DNA of 64,000 nt from Balanoglossus misakiensis. Taxonomy: Eukaryota > Animalia > Hemichordata. Both the position numbers and the translations under genes were made by a program. The stretch lies in NCBI GenBank assembly GCA_040954595.2, contig CM082589.2, positions 8,750,232 to 8,814,231 of the forward strand, in the 5' to 3' direction. The first letter of the stretch is position 1. Each line of letters starts with the position of its first letter. Under the pieces are notes generated by a model. It ran no database searches, was not told the origin of the DNA, and saw only the letters and a program-made list of their open reading frames with translations. This document shows positions 25,001 to 38,837 of the stretch, piece by piece.

Positions 25001-28000
25001 CATTGGCACAAACAGTCTCAGGAAGTAAGCTTTCAGCCTACCAATGTAGCTATTGTATTTTCCACTTTTTGTAAGTGAAGCCTGACTGTCGCCTGTCTTA
25101 GGTCACCACTTCATAAGAGGTCTTACCCGTCATTGGCACAAACAGTCTCAGGAAGTAAGCTTTCAGCCAACCAATGTAGCTATTATATTTTCCACTTTTT
25201 GTAAGTGAAGCCTGACTGTCGCCTGTCTTAGGTCACCACTTCATATGTGGTCTTACCCGTCATTGGCACAAACAGACTCAGGAAGTAAGCTTTCAGCCTA
25301 CCAATGTAGCTATTGTATTTTCCACTTTTTGTAAGTGAAGCCTGACTGTCGCCTGTCTTAGGTCATCACTTCATAAGCGGTCTTACCCGTCATTGGCACA
25401 AACAGTCTCAGGAAGTAAGCTTTCAGCCTACCAATGTAGCTATTGTATTTTCCACTTTTTGTAAGTGAAGCCTGACTGTCGACTGTCTTAGGTCACCACT
25501 TCATAAGCGGTCTTACCCGTCATTGGCACAAACAGTCTCAGGAAGTAAGCTTTCAGCCTACCAATGTAGCTATTGTATCATAAGCGGTCTTACCCGTCAT
25601 TGGCACAAACAGTCTCAGGAAGTAAGCTTTCAGCCTACCAATGTAGCTATTGTATTTTCCACTTTTTGTAAGTGAAGCCTGACTGTGGCCTGTCTTAGGT
25701 CACCACTTCATAAGCGGTCTTACCCGTCATTGGCACAAACAGTCTCAGGAAGTAAGCTTTCAGCCTACCAATGTAGCTATTGTATTTTCCACTTTTTGTA
25801 AGTGAAGCCTGACTGTCGCCTGTCTTAGGTCACCACTTCATAAGCGGTCTTACCCGTCATTGGCACAAACTGACTCAGGAAGTAAGCTTTCAGCCAACCA
25901 ATGTAGCTATTATATTTTCCACTTTTTGTAAGTGAAGCCTGACTGTCGCCTGTCTTAGGTCACCACTTCATAAGCGGTCTTACCCGTCATTGGCACAAAC
26001 AGTCTCAGTTGAATGTAGCTATTGTATTTTACACTTTTTGTAAGTGAAGCCTGACTGTCGCCTGTCTTAGGTCACCACTTCATAAGCGGTCTTACCTGTC
26101 ATTGGCACAAACAGTCTCAGGAAGTAAGCTTTCAGCCTACCAATGTAGCTATTGTATTTTCCACTTTTTGTAAGTGAAGCCTGACTGTCGCCTGTCTTAG
26201 GTCACCCCTTCATAAGCGGTCTTACCCGTCATTGGCACAAACAGTCTCAGGACGTAAGCTTTCAGCCTACCAATGTAGCTATTGTATTTTCCACTTTTTG
26301 TAAGTGAAGCCTGACTGTGGCCTGTCTTAGGTCACCACTTCATAAGCGGTCTTACCCGTCATTGGCACAAACAGTCTCAGGAAGTAAGCTTTCAGCCTAC
26401 CAATGTAGCTATTGTATTTTCCACTTTTTGTAAGTGAAGCCTGACTGTCGCCTGTCTTAGGTCACCCCTTCATAAGCGGTCTTACCCGTCATTGGCACAA
26501 ACAGTCTCAGGACGTAAGCTTTCAGCCTACCAATGTAGCTATTGTATTTTCCACTTTTTGTAAGTGAAGCCTGACTGTCGCCTGTCTTAGGTCACCACTT
26601 CATAAGCGGTCTTACCCGTCATTGGCACAAACAGTCTCAGGAAGTAAGCTTTCAGCCTACCAATGTAGCTATTATATTTTCCACTTTTTGTAAGTGAAGC
26701 CTGACTGTCGCCTGTCTTAGGTCACCACTTCATAAGCGGTCTTACCTGTCATTGGCACAAACAGTCTCAGGAAGTAAGCTTTCAGCCTACCAATGTAGCT
26801 ATTGTATTTTCCACTTTTTGTAAGTGAAGCCTGACTGTCACCTGTCTTAGGTCACCCCTTCATAAGCGGTCTTACCCGTCATTGGCACAAACAGTCTCAG
26901 GACGTAAGCTTTCAGCCTACCAATGTAGGTATTGTATTTTCCACTTTTTGTAAGTGAAGCCTGACTGTCGCCTGTCTTAGGTCAACACTTCATAAGCGGT
27001 CTTACCCGTCATTGGCACAAACAGTCTCAGGACGTAAGCCCTCAGCCTACCAATGTAGCTATTGTATTTTCCACTTTTTGTAAGTGAAGCCTGACTGTCG
27101 CCTGTCTTAGGTCACCACTTCATAAGCGGTCTTACCCGTCATTGGCACAAACAGTCTCAGGAAGTAAGCTTTCAGCAAACCAATGTAGCTATTGTATTTT
27201 CCACTTTTTGTAAGTGAAGCCTGACTGTCGCCTGTCTTAGGTCAACACTTCATAAGCGGTCTTACCCGTCATTGGCACAAACAGTCTCAGGAAGTAAGCT
27301 TTCAGCCTACCAATGTAGCTATTGTATTTTCCACTTTTTGTAAGTGAAGCCTGACTGTCGCCTGTCTTAGGTCACCACTTCATAAGCGGTCTTACCCGTC
27401 ATTGGCACAAACAGTCTCAGGAAGTAAGCTTTCAGCCTACCAATGTAGCTATTGTATTTTCCACTTTTTGTAAGTGAAGCCTGACTGTCGCCTGTCTTAG
27501 GTCAACACTTCATAAGCGGTCTTACCCGTCATTGGCACAAACAGTCTCAGGAAGTAAGCTTTCAGCCTACCAATGTAGCTATTGTATTTTCCACTTTTTG
27601 TAAGTGAAACCTGACTGTCGCCTGTCTTAGGTCACCACTTCATAAGCTGCCTTACCCGTCATTGGCACAAACAGTCTCAGGAAGTAAGCTTTCAGCCTAC
27701 CAATGTAGCTATTGTATTTTCCACTTTTTGTAAGTGAAGCCTGACTGTCGCCTGTCTTAGGTCACCACTTCATAAGCGGTCTTACCCGTCATTGGCACAA
27801 ACAGTCTCAGGAAGTAAGCTTTCAGCCTACCAATGTAGCTATTGTATTTTCCACTTTTTGTAAGTGAAGCCTGACTGTCGCCTGTCTTAGGTCACCACTT
27901 CATAAGCGGTCTTACCCGTCATTGGCACAAACAGTCTCAGGAAGTAAGCTTTCAGCCTACCAATGTAGCTATTGTATTTTCCAATTTTTGTAAGTGAAGC

Positions 28001-31000
28001 CTGACTGTCGCCTGTCTTAGGTCAACACTTCATAAGCGGTCTTACCCGTCATTGGCACAAACAGTCTCAGGAAGTAAGCTTTCAGCCTACCAATGTAGCT
28101 ATTGTATTTTCCACTTTTTGTAAGTGAAACCTGACTGTCGCCTGTCTTAGGTCACTACTTCATAAGCTGCCTTACCCGTCATTGGCACAAACAGTCTCAG
28201 GAAGTAAGCTTTCAGCCTACCAATGTAGCTATTGTATTTTCCACTTTTTGTAAGTGAAGCCTGACTGTCGCCTGTCTTAGGACACCACTTCATAAGCGGT
28301 CTTACCCGTCATTGGCACAAACAGTCTCAGGAAGTAAGCTTTCAGCCTACCAATGTAGCTATTGTATTTTCCACTTTTTGTAAGTGAAGCCTGACTGTCG
28401 CCTGTCTTAGGTCACCACTTTATAAGCGGTCTTACCCGTCATTGGCACAAACAGTCTCAGGAAGTAAGCTTTCAGCCTACCAATGTAGCTATTGTATTTT
28501 CCACTTTTTGTAAGTGAAGCCTGACTGTCGCCTGTCTTAGGTCACCACTTCATAAGCGGTCTTACCCGTCATTGGCACAAACAGTCTCAGGACGTAAGCT
28601 TTCAGCCTACCAATGTAGCTATTGTATTTTCCACTTTTTATAAGTGAAGCCTGACTGTCGCCTGTCTTAGGTCACCACTTCATAAGCGGTCTTACCCGTC
28701 ATTGGCACAAACAGTCTCAGGAAGTAAGCTTTCAGCCTACCAATGTAGCTATTGTATTTTCCACTTTTTGTAAGTGAAGCCTGACTGTCGCCTGTCTTAG
28801 GTCAACACTTCATAAGCGGTCTTACCCGTCATTGGCACAAACAGTCTCAGGAAGTAAGCTTTCAGCCTACCAATGTAGCTATTGAATTTTCCACTTTTTG
28901 TAAGTGAAGCCTGACTGTCGCCTGTCTTAGGTCACCACTTCATAAGCGGTCTTACCCGTCATTGGCACAAACAGTCTCAGGAAGTAAGCTTTCAGCCTAC
29001 CAATGTAGCTATTATATTTTCCACTTTTGTAAGTGAAGCCTGACTGTCGCCTGTCTTAGGTCACCACTTCATAAGCGGTCTTACCTGTCATTGGCACAAA
29101 TAGTCTCAGGAAGTAAGCTTTCAGCCTACCAATGTAGCTATTGTATTTTCCACTTTTTGTAAGTGAAGCCTGACTGTCGCCTGTCTTAGGTCACCCCTTC
29201 ATAAGCGGTCTTACCCGTCATTGGCACAAACAGTCTCAGGACGTAAGCTTTCAGCCTACCAATGTAGCTATTGTATTTTCCACTTTTTGTAAGTGAAGCC
29301 TGACTGTCGCCTGTCTTAGGTCACCACTTCATAAGCGGTCTTACCCGTCATTGGCACAAACAGTCTCAGGACGTAAGCCCTCAGCCTACCAATGTAGCTA
29401 TTGTATTTTCCACTTTTTGTAAGTGAAGCCTGACTGTCGCCTGTCTTAGGTCACCACTTCATAAGCGGTCTTACCCGTCATTGGCACAAACAGTCTCAGG
29501 AAGTAAGCTTTCAGCCTACCAATGTAGCTATTGTATTTTCCACTTTTTGTAAGTGAAGCCTGACTGTCGCCTGTCTTAGGTCACCACTTCATTAGCGGTC
29601 TTACCCGTCATTGGCACTAACAGTCTCAGGAAGTAAGCTTTCATCTTACCAATGTAGCTATTGTATTTTTCACTTTTTGTAAGTGAAGCCTGACTGTCGC
29701 CTGTCTTAGGTCACCACTTCATAAGCGGTCTTACCCGTCATTGGCACAAACAGTCTCAGGAAGTAAGCTTTCAGCCTACCAATGTAGCTATTGTATTTTG
29801 CACTTTTTGTAAGTGAAGCCTGACTGTCGCCTGTCTTAGGTCACCACTTCATAAGCGGTCTTACCCGTCATTGGCACAAACAGTCTCAGGACGTAAGCCC
29901 TCAGCCTACCAATGTAGCTATTGTATTTTCCACTTTTTGTAAGTGAAGCCTGACTGTCGCCTGTCTTAGGTCACCACTTCATAAGCGGTCTTACCCGTCA
30001 TTGGCACAAACAGTCTCAGGAAGTAAGCTTTCAGCCTACCAATGTAGCTATTGTATTTTCCACTTTTTGTAAGTGAAGCCTGACTGTCGCCTGTCTTAGG
30101 TCACCACTTCATAAGCGGTCTTACCCGTCATTGGCACTAACAGTCTCAGGAAGTAAGCTTTCATCTTACCAATGTAGCTATTGTATTTTTCACTTTTTGT
30201 AAGTGAAGCCTGACTGTCGCCTGTCTTAGGTCACCACTTCATAAGCGGTCTTACCCGTCATTGGCACAAACAGTCTCAGGAAGTAAGCTTTCAGCCTACC
30301 AATGTAGCTATTGTATTTTCCACTTTTTGTAAGTGAAGCCTGACTGTCGCCTGTCTTAGGTCACCACTTCATAAGCGGTCTTACCCGTCATTGGCACAAA
30401 CAGTCTCAGGAAGTAAGCTTTCATCCTACCAATGTAGCTATTGTATTTTCCACTTTTTGTAAGTGAAGCCTGACTGTCGCCTATCTTAGGTCACCACTTC
30501 ATAAGCGGTCTTACCCGTCATTGGCACAAACAGTCTCAGGAAGTAAGCTTTCAGCCTACCAATGTAGCTATTGTATTTTCCACTTTTTGTAAGTGAAGCC
30601 TGACTGTCGCCTGTCTTAGGTCACCACTTCATAAGCTGTCTTACCCGTCATTGGCACAAACAGTCTCAGGACGAAAGCTTTCAGCCTACCAATGTAGCTA
30701 TTGTATTTTCCACTTTTTGTAAGTGAAGCCTGACTGTCGCCTGTCTTAGGTCACCACTTCATAAGCGGTCTTACCCGTCATTGGCACAAACAGTCTCAGG
30801 ACGTAAGCTTTCAGCCTACCAATGTAGCTATTGTATTTTGCACTTTTTATAAGTGAAGCCTGACTGTCGCCTGTCTTAGGTCACCACTTCATAAGCGGTC
30901 TTACCCGTCATTGGCACAAACAGTCTCAGGAAGTAAGCTTTCAGCCTACCAATGTAGCTATTGTATTTTCCACTTTTTGTAAGTGAAGCCTGACTGTCGC

Positions 31001-34000
31001 CTGTCTTAGGTCACCACTTCATAAGCGGTCTTACCCGTCATTGGCACAAACAGTCTCAGGAAGTAAGCTTTCAGCCTACCAATGTAGCTATTGTATTTTC
31101 CACTTTTTGTAAGTGAAGCCTGACTGTCGCCTATCTTAGGTCACCACTTCATAAGCGGTCTTACCCGTCATTGGCACAAACAGTCTCAGGAAGTAAGCTT
31201 TCAGCCTACCAATGTAGCTATTGTATTTTCCACTTTTTGTAAGTGAAGCCTGACTGTCGCCTGTCTTAGGTCACCACTTCATAAGCGGTCTTACCCGTCA
31301 TTGGCACAAACAGTCTCAGGAAGTAAGCTTTCAGCCTACCAATGTAGCTATTGTATTTTCCACTTTTTGTAAGTGAAGCCTGACTGTCGCCTGTCTTAGG
31401 TCAACACTTCATAAGCGGTCTTACCCGTCATTGGCACAAACAGTCTCAGGAAGTAAGCTTTCAGCCTACCAATGTAGCTATTGAATTTTCCACTTTTTGT
31501 AAGTGAAGCCTGACTGTCGCCTGTCTTAGGTCACCACTTCATAAGCGGTCTTACCCGTCATTGGCACAAACAGTCTCAGGAAGTAAGCTTTCAGCCTACC
31601 AAATGTAGCTATTGTATTTTCCACTTTTTGTAAGTGAAGCCTGACTGTCGCCTGTCTTAGGTCACCACTTCATAAGCGGTCTTACCCGTCATTGGCACAA
31701 ACAGTCTCAGGAAGTAAGCTTTCAGCCTACCAATGTAGCTATTGTATTTTCCACTTTTTGTAAGTGAAGCCTGACTGTCGCCTGTCTTAGGTCACCACTT
31801 CATAAGCGGTCTTACCCGTCATTGGCACAAACAGTCTCAGGACGTAAGCTTTCAGCCTACCAATGTAGCTATTGTATTTTCCACTTTTTGTAAGTGAAGC
31901 CTGACTGTCGCCTGTCTTAGGTCACCACTTCATAAGCGGTCTTACCCGTCATTGGCACAAACAGTCTCAGGAAGTAAGCTTTCAGCCTACCAATGTAGCT
32001 ATTGTATTTTCCACTTTTTGTAAGTGAAGCCTGACTGTCGCCTGTCTTAGGTCACCACTTCATAAGCGGTCTTACCCGTCATTGGCACAAACAGTCTCAG
32101 GAAGTAAGCTTTCAGCCTACCAATGTAGCTATTGTATTTTCCACTTTTTGTAAGTGAAGCCTGACTGTCGCCTATCTTAGGTCACCACTTCATAAGCGGT
32201 CTCACCCGTCATTGGCACAAACAGTCTCAGGAAGTAAGCTTTCAGCCTACCAATGTAGCTATTGTATTTTCCACTTTTTGTAAGTGAAGCCTGACTGTCG
32301 CCTGTCTTAGGTCACCACTTCATAAGCGGTCTTACCCGTCATTGGCACAAACAGTCTCAGGAAGTAAGCTTTCAGCCTACCAATGTAGCTATTGTATTTT
32401 CCACTTTTTGTAAGTGAAGCCTGACTGTCGCCTGTCTTAGGTCACCACTTCATAAGCGGTCTTACCCGTCATTGGCACTAACAGTCTCAGGACGTAAGCT
32501 TTCAGCCTACCAATGTAGCTATTGTATTTTCCACTTTTTATAAGTGAAGCCTGACTGTCGCCTGTCTTAGGTCACCACTTCATAAGCGGTCTTACCTGTC
32601 ATTGGCACAAATAGTCTCAGGAAGTAAGCTTTCAGCCTACCAATGTAGCTATTGTATTTTCCACTTTTTGTAAGTGAAGCCTGACTGTCGCCTGTCTTAG
32701 GTCACCCCTTCATAAGCGGTCTTACCCGTCATTGGCACAAACAGTCTCAGGACGTAAGCTTTCAGCCTACCAATGTAGCTATTGTATTTTCCACTTTTTG
32801 TAAGTGAAGCCTGACTGTCGCCTGTCTTAGGTCACCACTTCATAAGCGGTCTTACCCGTCATTGGCACAAACAGTCTCAGGAAGTAAGCCCTCAGCCTAC
32901 CAATGTAGCTATTGTATTTTCCACTTTTTGTAAGTGAAGCCTGACTGTCGCCTGTCTTAGGTCACCACTTCATAAGCGGTCTTACCCGTCATTGGCACAA
33001 ACAGTCTCAGGAAGTAAGCTTTCAGCCTACCAATGTAGCTATTGTATTTTCCACTTTTTGTAAGTGAAGCCTGACTGTCGCCTGTCTTAGGTCACCACTT
33101 CATAAGCGGTCTTACCCGTCATTGGCACAAACAGTCTCAGGAAGTAAGCTTTCATCTTACCAATGTAGCTATTGTATTTTCCACTTTTTGTAAGTGAAGC
33201 CTGACTGTCGCCTGTCTTAGGTCACCACTTCATAAGCGGTCTTACCCGTCATTGGCACAAACAGTCTCAGGAAGTAAGCTTTCAGCCTACCAATGTAGCT
33301 ATTGTATTTTCCACTTTTTGTAAGTGAAGCCTGACTGTCGCCTGTCTTAGGTCAACACTTCATAAGCGGTCTTACCCGTCATTGGCACAAACAGTCTCAG
33401 GAAGTAAGCTTTCAGCCTACCAATGTAGCTATTGAATTTTCCACTTTTTGTAAGTGAAGCCTGACTGTCGCCTGTCTTAGGTCACCACTTCATAAGCGGT
33501 CTTACCCGTCATTGGCACAAACAGTCTCAGGAAGTAAGCTTTCAGCCTACCAATGTAGCTATTGTATTTTCCACTTTTTGTAAGTGAAGCCTGACTGTCG
33601 CCTGTCTTAGGTCAACACTTCATAAGCGGTCTTACCCGTCATTGGCACAAACAGTCTCAGGAAGTAAGCTTTCAGCCTACCAATGTAGCTATTGAATTTT
33701 CCACTTTTTGTAAGTGAAGCCTGACTGTCGCCTGTCTTAGGTCACCACTTCATAAGCGGTCTTACCCGTCATTGGCACAAACAGTCTCAGGAAGTAAGCT
33801 TTCAGCCTACCAATGTAGCTATTGTATTTTCCACTTTTTGTAAGTGAAGCCTGACTGTCGCCTGTCTTAGGTCACCACTTCATAAGCGGTCTTACCCGTC
33901 ATTGGCACAAACAGTCTCAGGAAGTAAGCTTTCAGCCTACCAATGTAGCTATTGTATTTTCCACTTTTTGTAAGTGAAGCCTGACTGTCGCCTGTCTTAG

Positions 34001-34421
34001 GTCACCACTTCATAAGCGGTCTTACCCGTCATTGGCACTAACAGTCTCAGGAAGTAAGCTTTCAGCCTACCAATATAGCTATTGTATTTTCCACTTTTTG
34101 TAAGTGAAGCCTGACTGTCGCCTGTCTTAGGTCACCACTTCATAAGCGGTCTTACCCGTCATTGGCACAAACAGTCTCAGGAAGTAAGCTTTCAGCCTAC
34201 CAATGTAGCTATTGTATTTTCCACTTTTTGTAAGTGAAGCCTGACTGTCGCCTGTCTTAGGTCACCACTTCATAAGCGGTCTTACCCGTCATTGGCACAA
34301 ACAGTCTCAGGAAGTAAGCTTTCAGCCTACCAATGTAGCTATTGTATTTTCCACTTTTTGTAAGTGAAGCCTGACTGTCGCCTGTCTTAGGTCACCACTT
34401 CATAAGCGGTCTTACCCGTCA

Positions 34422-37400
34422 TTGGCACAAACAGTCTCAGGAAGTAAGCTTTCAGCCTACCAATGTAGCTATTGTATTTTCCACTTTTTGTAAGTGAAGC
34501 CTGACTGTCGCCTGTCTTAGGTCACCACTTCATAAGCGGTCTTACCCGTCATTGGCACTAACAGTCTCAGGAAGTAAGCTTTCATCCTACCAATGTAGCT
34601 ATTGTATTTTTCACTTTTTGTAAGTGAAGCCTGACTGTCGCCTGTCTTAGGTCACCACTTCATAAGCGGTCTTACCCGTCATTGGCATAAACAGTCTCAG
34701 GAAGTAAGCTTTCAGCCTACCAATGTAGCTATTGTATTTTCCACTTTTTGTAAGTGAAGCCTGACTGTCGCCTGTCTTAGGTCACCACTTCATAAGCGGT
34801 CTTACCCGTCATTGGCACAAACAGTCTCAGGAAGTAAGCTTTCATCCTACCAATGTAGCTATTGTATTTTCCAGTTTTTGTAAGTGAAGCCTGACTGTCG
34901 CCTATCTTAGGTCACCACTTCATAAGCGGTCTTACCCGTCATTGGCACAAACAGTCTCAGGAAGGAAGCTTGCAGCCTACCAATGTAGCTATTGTATTTT
35001 CCACTTTTTGTAAGTGAAGCCTGACTGTCGCCTGTCTTAGGTCACCACTTCATAAGCGGTCTTACCCGTCATTGGCACAAACAGTCTCAGGAAGTAAGCT
35101 TTCAGCCTACCAATGTAGCTATTGTATTTTCCACTTTTTGTAAGTGAAGCCTGACTGTCGCCTGTCTTAGGTCACCACTTCATAAGCGGTCTTACCCGTC
35201 ATTGGCACAAACAGTCTCAGGACGTAAGCTTTCAGCCTACCAATGTAGCTATTGTATTTTCCACTTTTTATAAGTGAAGCCTGACTGTCGCCTGTCTTAG
35301 GTCACCACTTCATAAGCGGTCTTACCCGTCATTGGCACAAACAGTCTCAGGAAGTAAGCTTTCAGCCTACCAATGTAGCTATTGTATTTTCCACTTTTTG
35401 TAAGTGAAGCCTGACTGTCGCCTGTCTTAGGTCACCACTTCATAAGCGGTCTTACCCGTCATTGGCACAAACAGTCTCAGGAAATAAGCCTTCAGCCTAC
35501 CAATGTAGCTATTGTATTTTCCACTTTTTGTAAGTGAAGCCTGACTGTCGCCTATCTTAGGTCACCACTTCATAAGCGGTCTTACCCGTCATTGGCACAA
35601 ACAGTCTCAGGAAGTAAGCTTTCAGCCTACCAATGTAGCTATTGTATTTTCCACTTTTTGTAAGTGAAGCCTGACTGTCGCCTGTCTTAGGTCACCACTT
35701 CATAAGCGGTCTTACCCGTCATTGGCACAAACAGTCTCAGGAAGTAAGCTTTCAGCCTACCAATGTAGCTATTGTATTTTCCACTTTTTGTAAGTGAAGC
35801 CTGACTGTCGCCTGTCTTAGGTCAACACTTCATAAGCGGTCTTACCCGTCATTGGCACAAACAGTCTCAGGAAGTAAGCTTTCAGCCTACCAATGTAGCT
35901 ATTGTATTTTCCACTTTTTGTAAGTGAAGCCTGACTGTCGCCTGTCTTAGGTCACCACTTCATAAGCGGTCTTACCCGTCATTGGCACAAACAGTCTCAG
36001 GAAGTAAGCTTTCAGCCTACCAATGTAGCTATTGTATTTTCCACTTTTTGTAAGTGAAGCCTGACTGTCGCCTGTCTTAGGTCAACACTTCATAAGCGGT
36101 CTTACCCGTCATTGGCACAAACAGTCTCAGGAAGTAAGCTTTCAGCCTACCAATGTAGCTATTGTATTTTCCACTTTTTATAAGTAAAGCCTGACTGTCG
36201 CCTGTCTTAGGTCACCACTTCATAAGCGGTCTTACCCGTCATTGGCACAAACAGTCTCAGGAAGTAAGCTTTCAGCCTACCAATATAGCTATTTTTTTCC
36301 ACTTTTTGTAAGTGAAGCCTGACTGTCGCCTGTCTTAGGTCACCACTTCATAAGCGGTCTTACCCGTCATTGGCACAAACAGTCTCAGGAAGTAAGCATT
36401 CAGCCTACCAATGTAGCTATTGTATTTTCCACTTTTTGTAAGTGAAGCCAGAGTGTCGCCTGTCTTAGGTCACCACTTCATAAGCGGTCTTACCCGTCAT
36501 TGGCACAAACAGTCTCAGGAAGTAAGCTTTCAGCCTACCAATGTAGCTATTGTAATTTCCACTTTTTGTAAGTGAAGCCTGACTGTCGCCTGTCTTAGGT
36601 CACCACTTCATAAGCGGTCTTACCCGTCATTGGCACAAACAGTCTCAGGAAGTAAGCTTTCAGCCTACCAATGTAGCTATTGTATTTTCCACTTTTTGTA
36701 AGTGAAGCCTGACTGTCGCCTGTCTTAGGTCACCACTTCATAAGCGGTCTTACCCGTCATTGGCACTAACAGTCTCAGGAAGTAAGCTTTCATCCTACCA
36801 ATGTAGCTATTGTATTTTTCACTTTTTGTAAGTGAAGCCTGACTGTCGCCTGTCTTAGGTCACCACTTCATAAGCGGTCTTACCCGTCATTGGCATAAAC
36901 AGTCTCAGGAAGTAAGCTTTCAGCCTACCAATGTAGCTATTGTATTTTCCACTTTTTGTAAGTGAAGCCTGACTGTCGCCTGTCTTAGGTCACCACTTCA
37001 TAAGCGGTCTTACCCGTCATTGGCACAAACAGTCTCAGGAAGTAAGCTTTCATCCTACCAATGTAGCTATTGTATTTTCCAGTTTTTGTAAGTGAAGCCT
37101 GACTGTCGCCTATCTTAGGTCACCACTTCATAAGCGGTCTTACCCGTCATTGGCACAAACAGTCTCAGGAAGGAAGCTTGCAGCCTACCAATGTAGCTAT
37201 TGTATTTTCCACTTTTTGTAAGTGAAGCCTGACTGTCGCCTGTCTTAGGTCACCACTTCATAAGCGGTCTTACCCGTCATTGGCACAAACAGTCTCAGGA
37301 AGTAAGCTTTCAGCCTACCAATGTAGCTATTGTATTTTCCACTTTTTGTAAGTGAAGCCTGACTGTCGCCTGTCTTAGGTCACCACTTCATAAGCGGTCT

Positions 37401-38837
37401 TACCCGTCATTGGCACAAACAGTCTCAGGACGTAAGCTTTCAGCCTACCAATGTAGCTATTGTATTTTCCACTTTTTATAAGTGAAGCCTGACTGTCGCC
37501 TGTCTTAGGTCACCACTTCATAAGCGGTCTTACCCGTCATTGGCACAAACAGTCTCAGGAAGTAAGCTTTCAGCCTACCAATGTAGCTATTGTATTTTCC
37601 ACTTTTTGTAAGTGAAGCCTGACTGTCGCCTGTCTTAGGTCACCACTTCATAAGCGGTCTTACCCGTCATTGGCACAAACAGTCTCAGGAAATAAGCCTT
37701 CAGCCTACCAATGTAGCTATTGTATTTTCCACTTTTTGTAAGTGAAGCCTGACTGTCGCCTATCTTAGGTCACCACTTCATAAGCGGTCTTACCCGTCAT
37801 TGGCACAAACAGTCTCAGGAAGTAAGCTTTCAGCCTACCAATGTAGCTATTGTATTTTCCACTTTTTGTAAGTGAAGCCTGACTGTCGCCTGTCTTAGGT
37901 CACCACTTCATAAGCGGTCTTACCCGTCATTGGCACAAACAGTCTCAGGAAGTAAGCTTTCAGCCTACCAATGTAGCTATTGTATTTTCCACTTTTTGTA
38001 AGTGAAGCCTGACTGTCGCCTGTCTTAGGTCAACACTTCATAAGCGGTCTTACCCGTCATTGGCACAAACAGTCTCAGGAAGTAAGCTTTCAGCCTACCA
38101 ATGTAGCTATTGTATTTTCCACTTTTTGTAAGTGAAGCCTGACTGTCGCCTGTCTTAGGTCACCACTTCATAAGCGGTCTTACCCGTCATTGGCACAAAC
38201 AGTCTCAGGAAGTAAGCTTTCAGCCTACCAATGTAGCTATTGTATTTTCCACTTTTTGTAAGTGAAGCCTGACTGTCGCCTGTCTTAGGTCAACACTTCA
38301 TAAGCGGTCTTACCCGTCATTGGCACAAACAGTCTCAGGAAGTAAGCTTTCAGCCTACCAATGTAGCTATTGTATTTTCCACTTTTTATAAGTAAAGCCT
38401 GACTGTCGCCTGTCTTAGGTCACCACTTCATAAGCGGTCTTACCCGTCATTGGCACAAACAGTCTCAGGAAGTAAGCTTTCAGCCTACCAATATAGCTAT
38501 TTTTTTCCACTTTTTGTAAGTGAAGCCTGACTGTCGCCTGTCTTAGGTCACCACTTCATAAGCGGTCTTACCCGTCATTGGCACAAACAGTCTCAGGAAG
38601 TAAGCATTCAGCCTACCAATGTAGCTATTGTATTTTCCACTTTTTGTAAGTGAAGCCAGAGTGTCGCCTGTCTTAGGTCACCACTTCATAAGCGGTCTTA
38701 CCCGTCATTGGCACAAACAGTCTCAGGAAGTAAGCTTTCAGCCTACCAATGTAGCTATTGTAATTTCCACTTTTTGTAAGTGAAGCCTGACTGTCGCCTG
38801 TCTTAGGTCACCACTTCATAAGCGGTCTTACCCGTCA
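34422..38837. repeat. Near-perfect tandem duplication of a 17-monomer block (period 2208 bp)
   Basis: At least 10 rare variants (GGCACTAA, GGCATAA, CCAGTTTT, AAGGAAGCTTGC, AAATAAGCCTT, AAGCATT+CCAGAGT, GTAATTT and others) occur in the same order at an offset of 2208 (34552/36760; 36500/38708). Confidence 0.9.
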
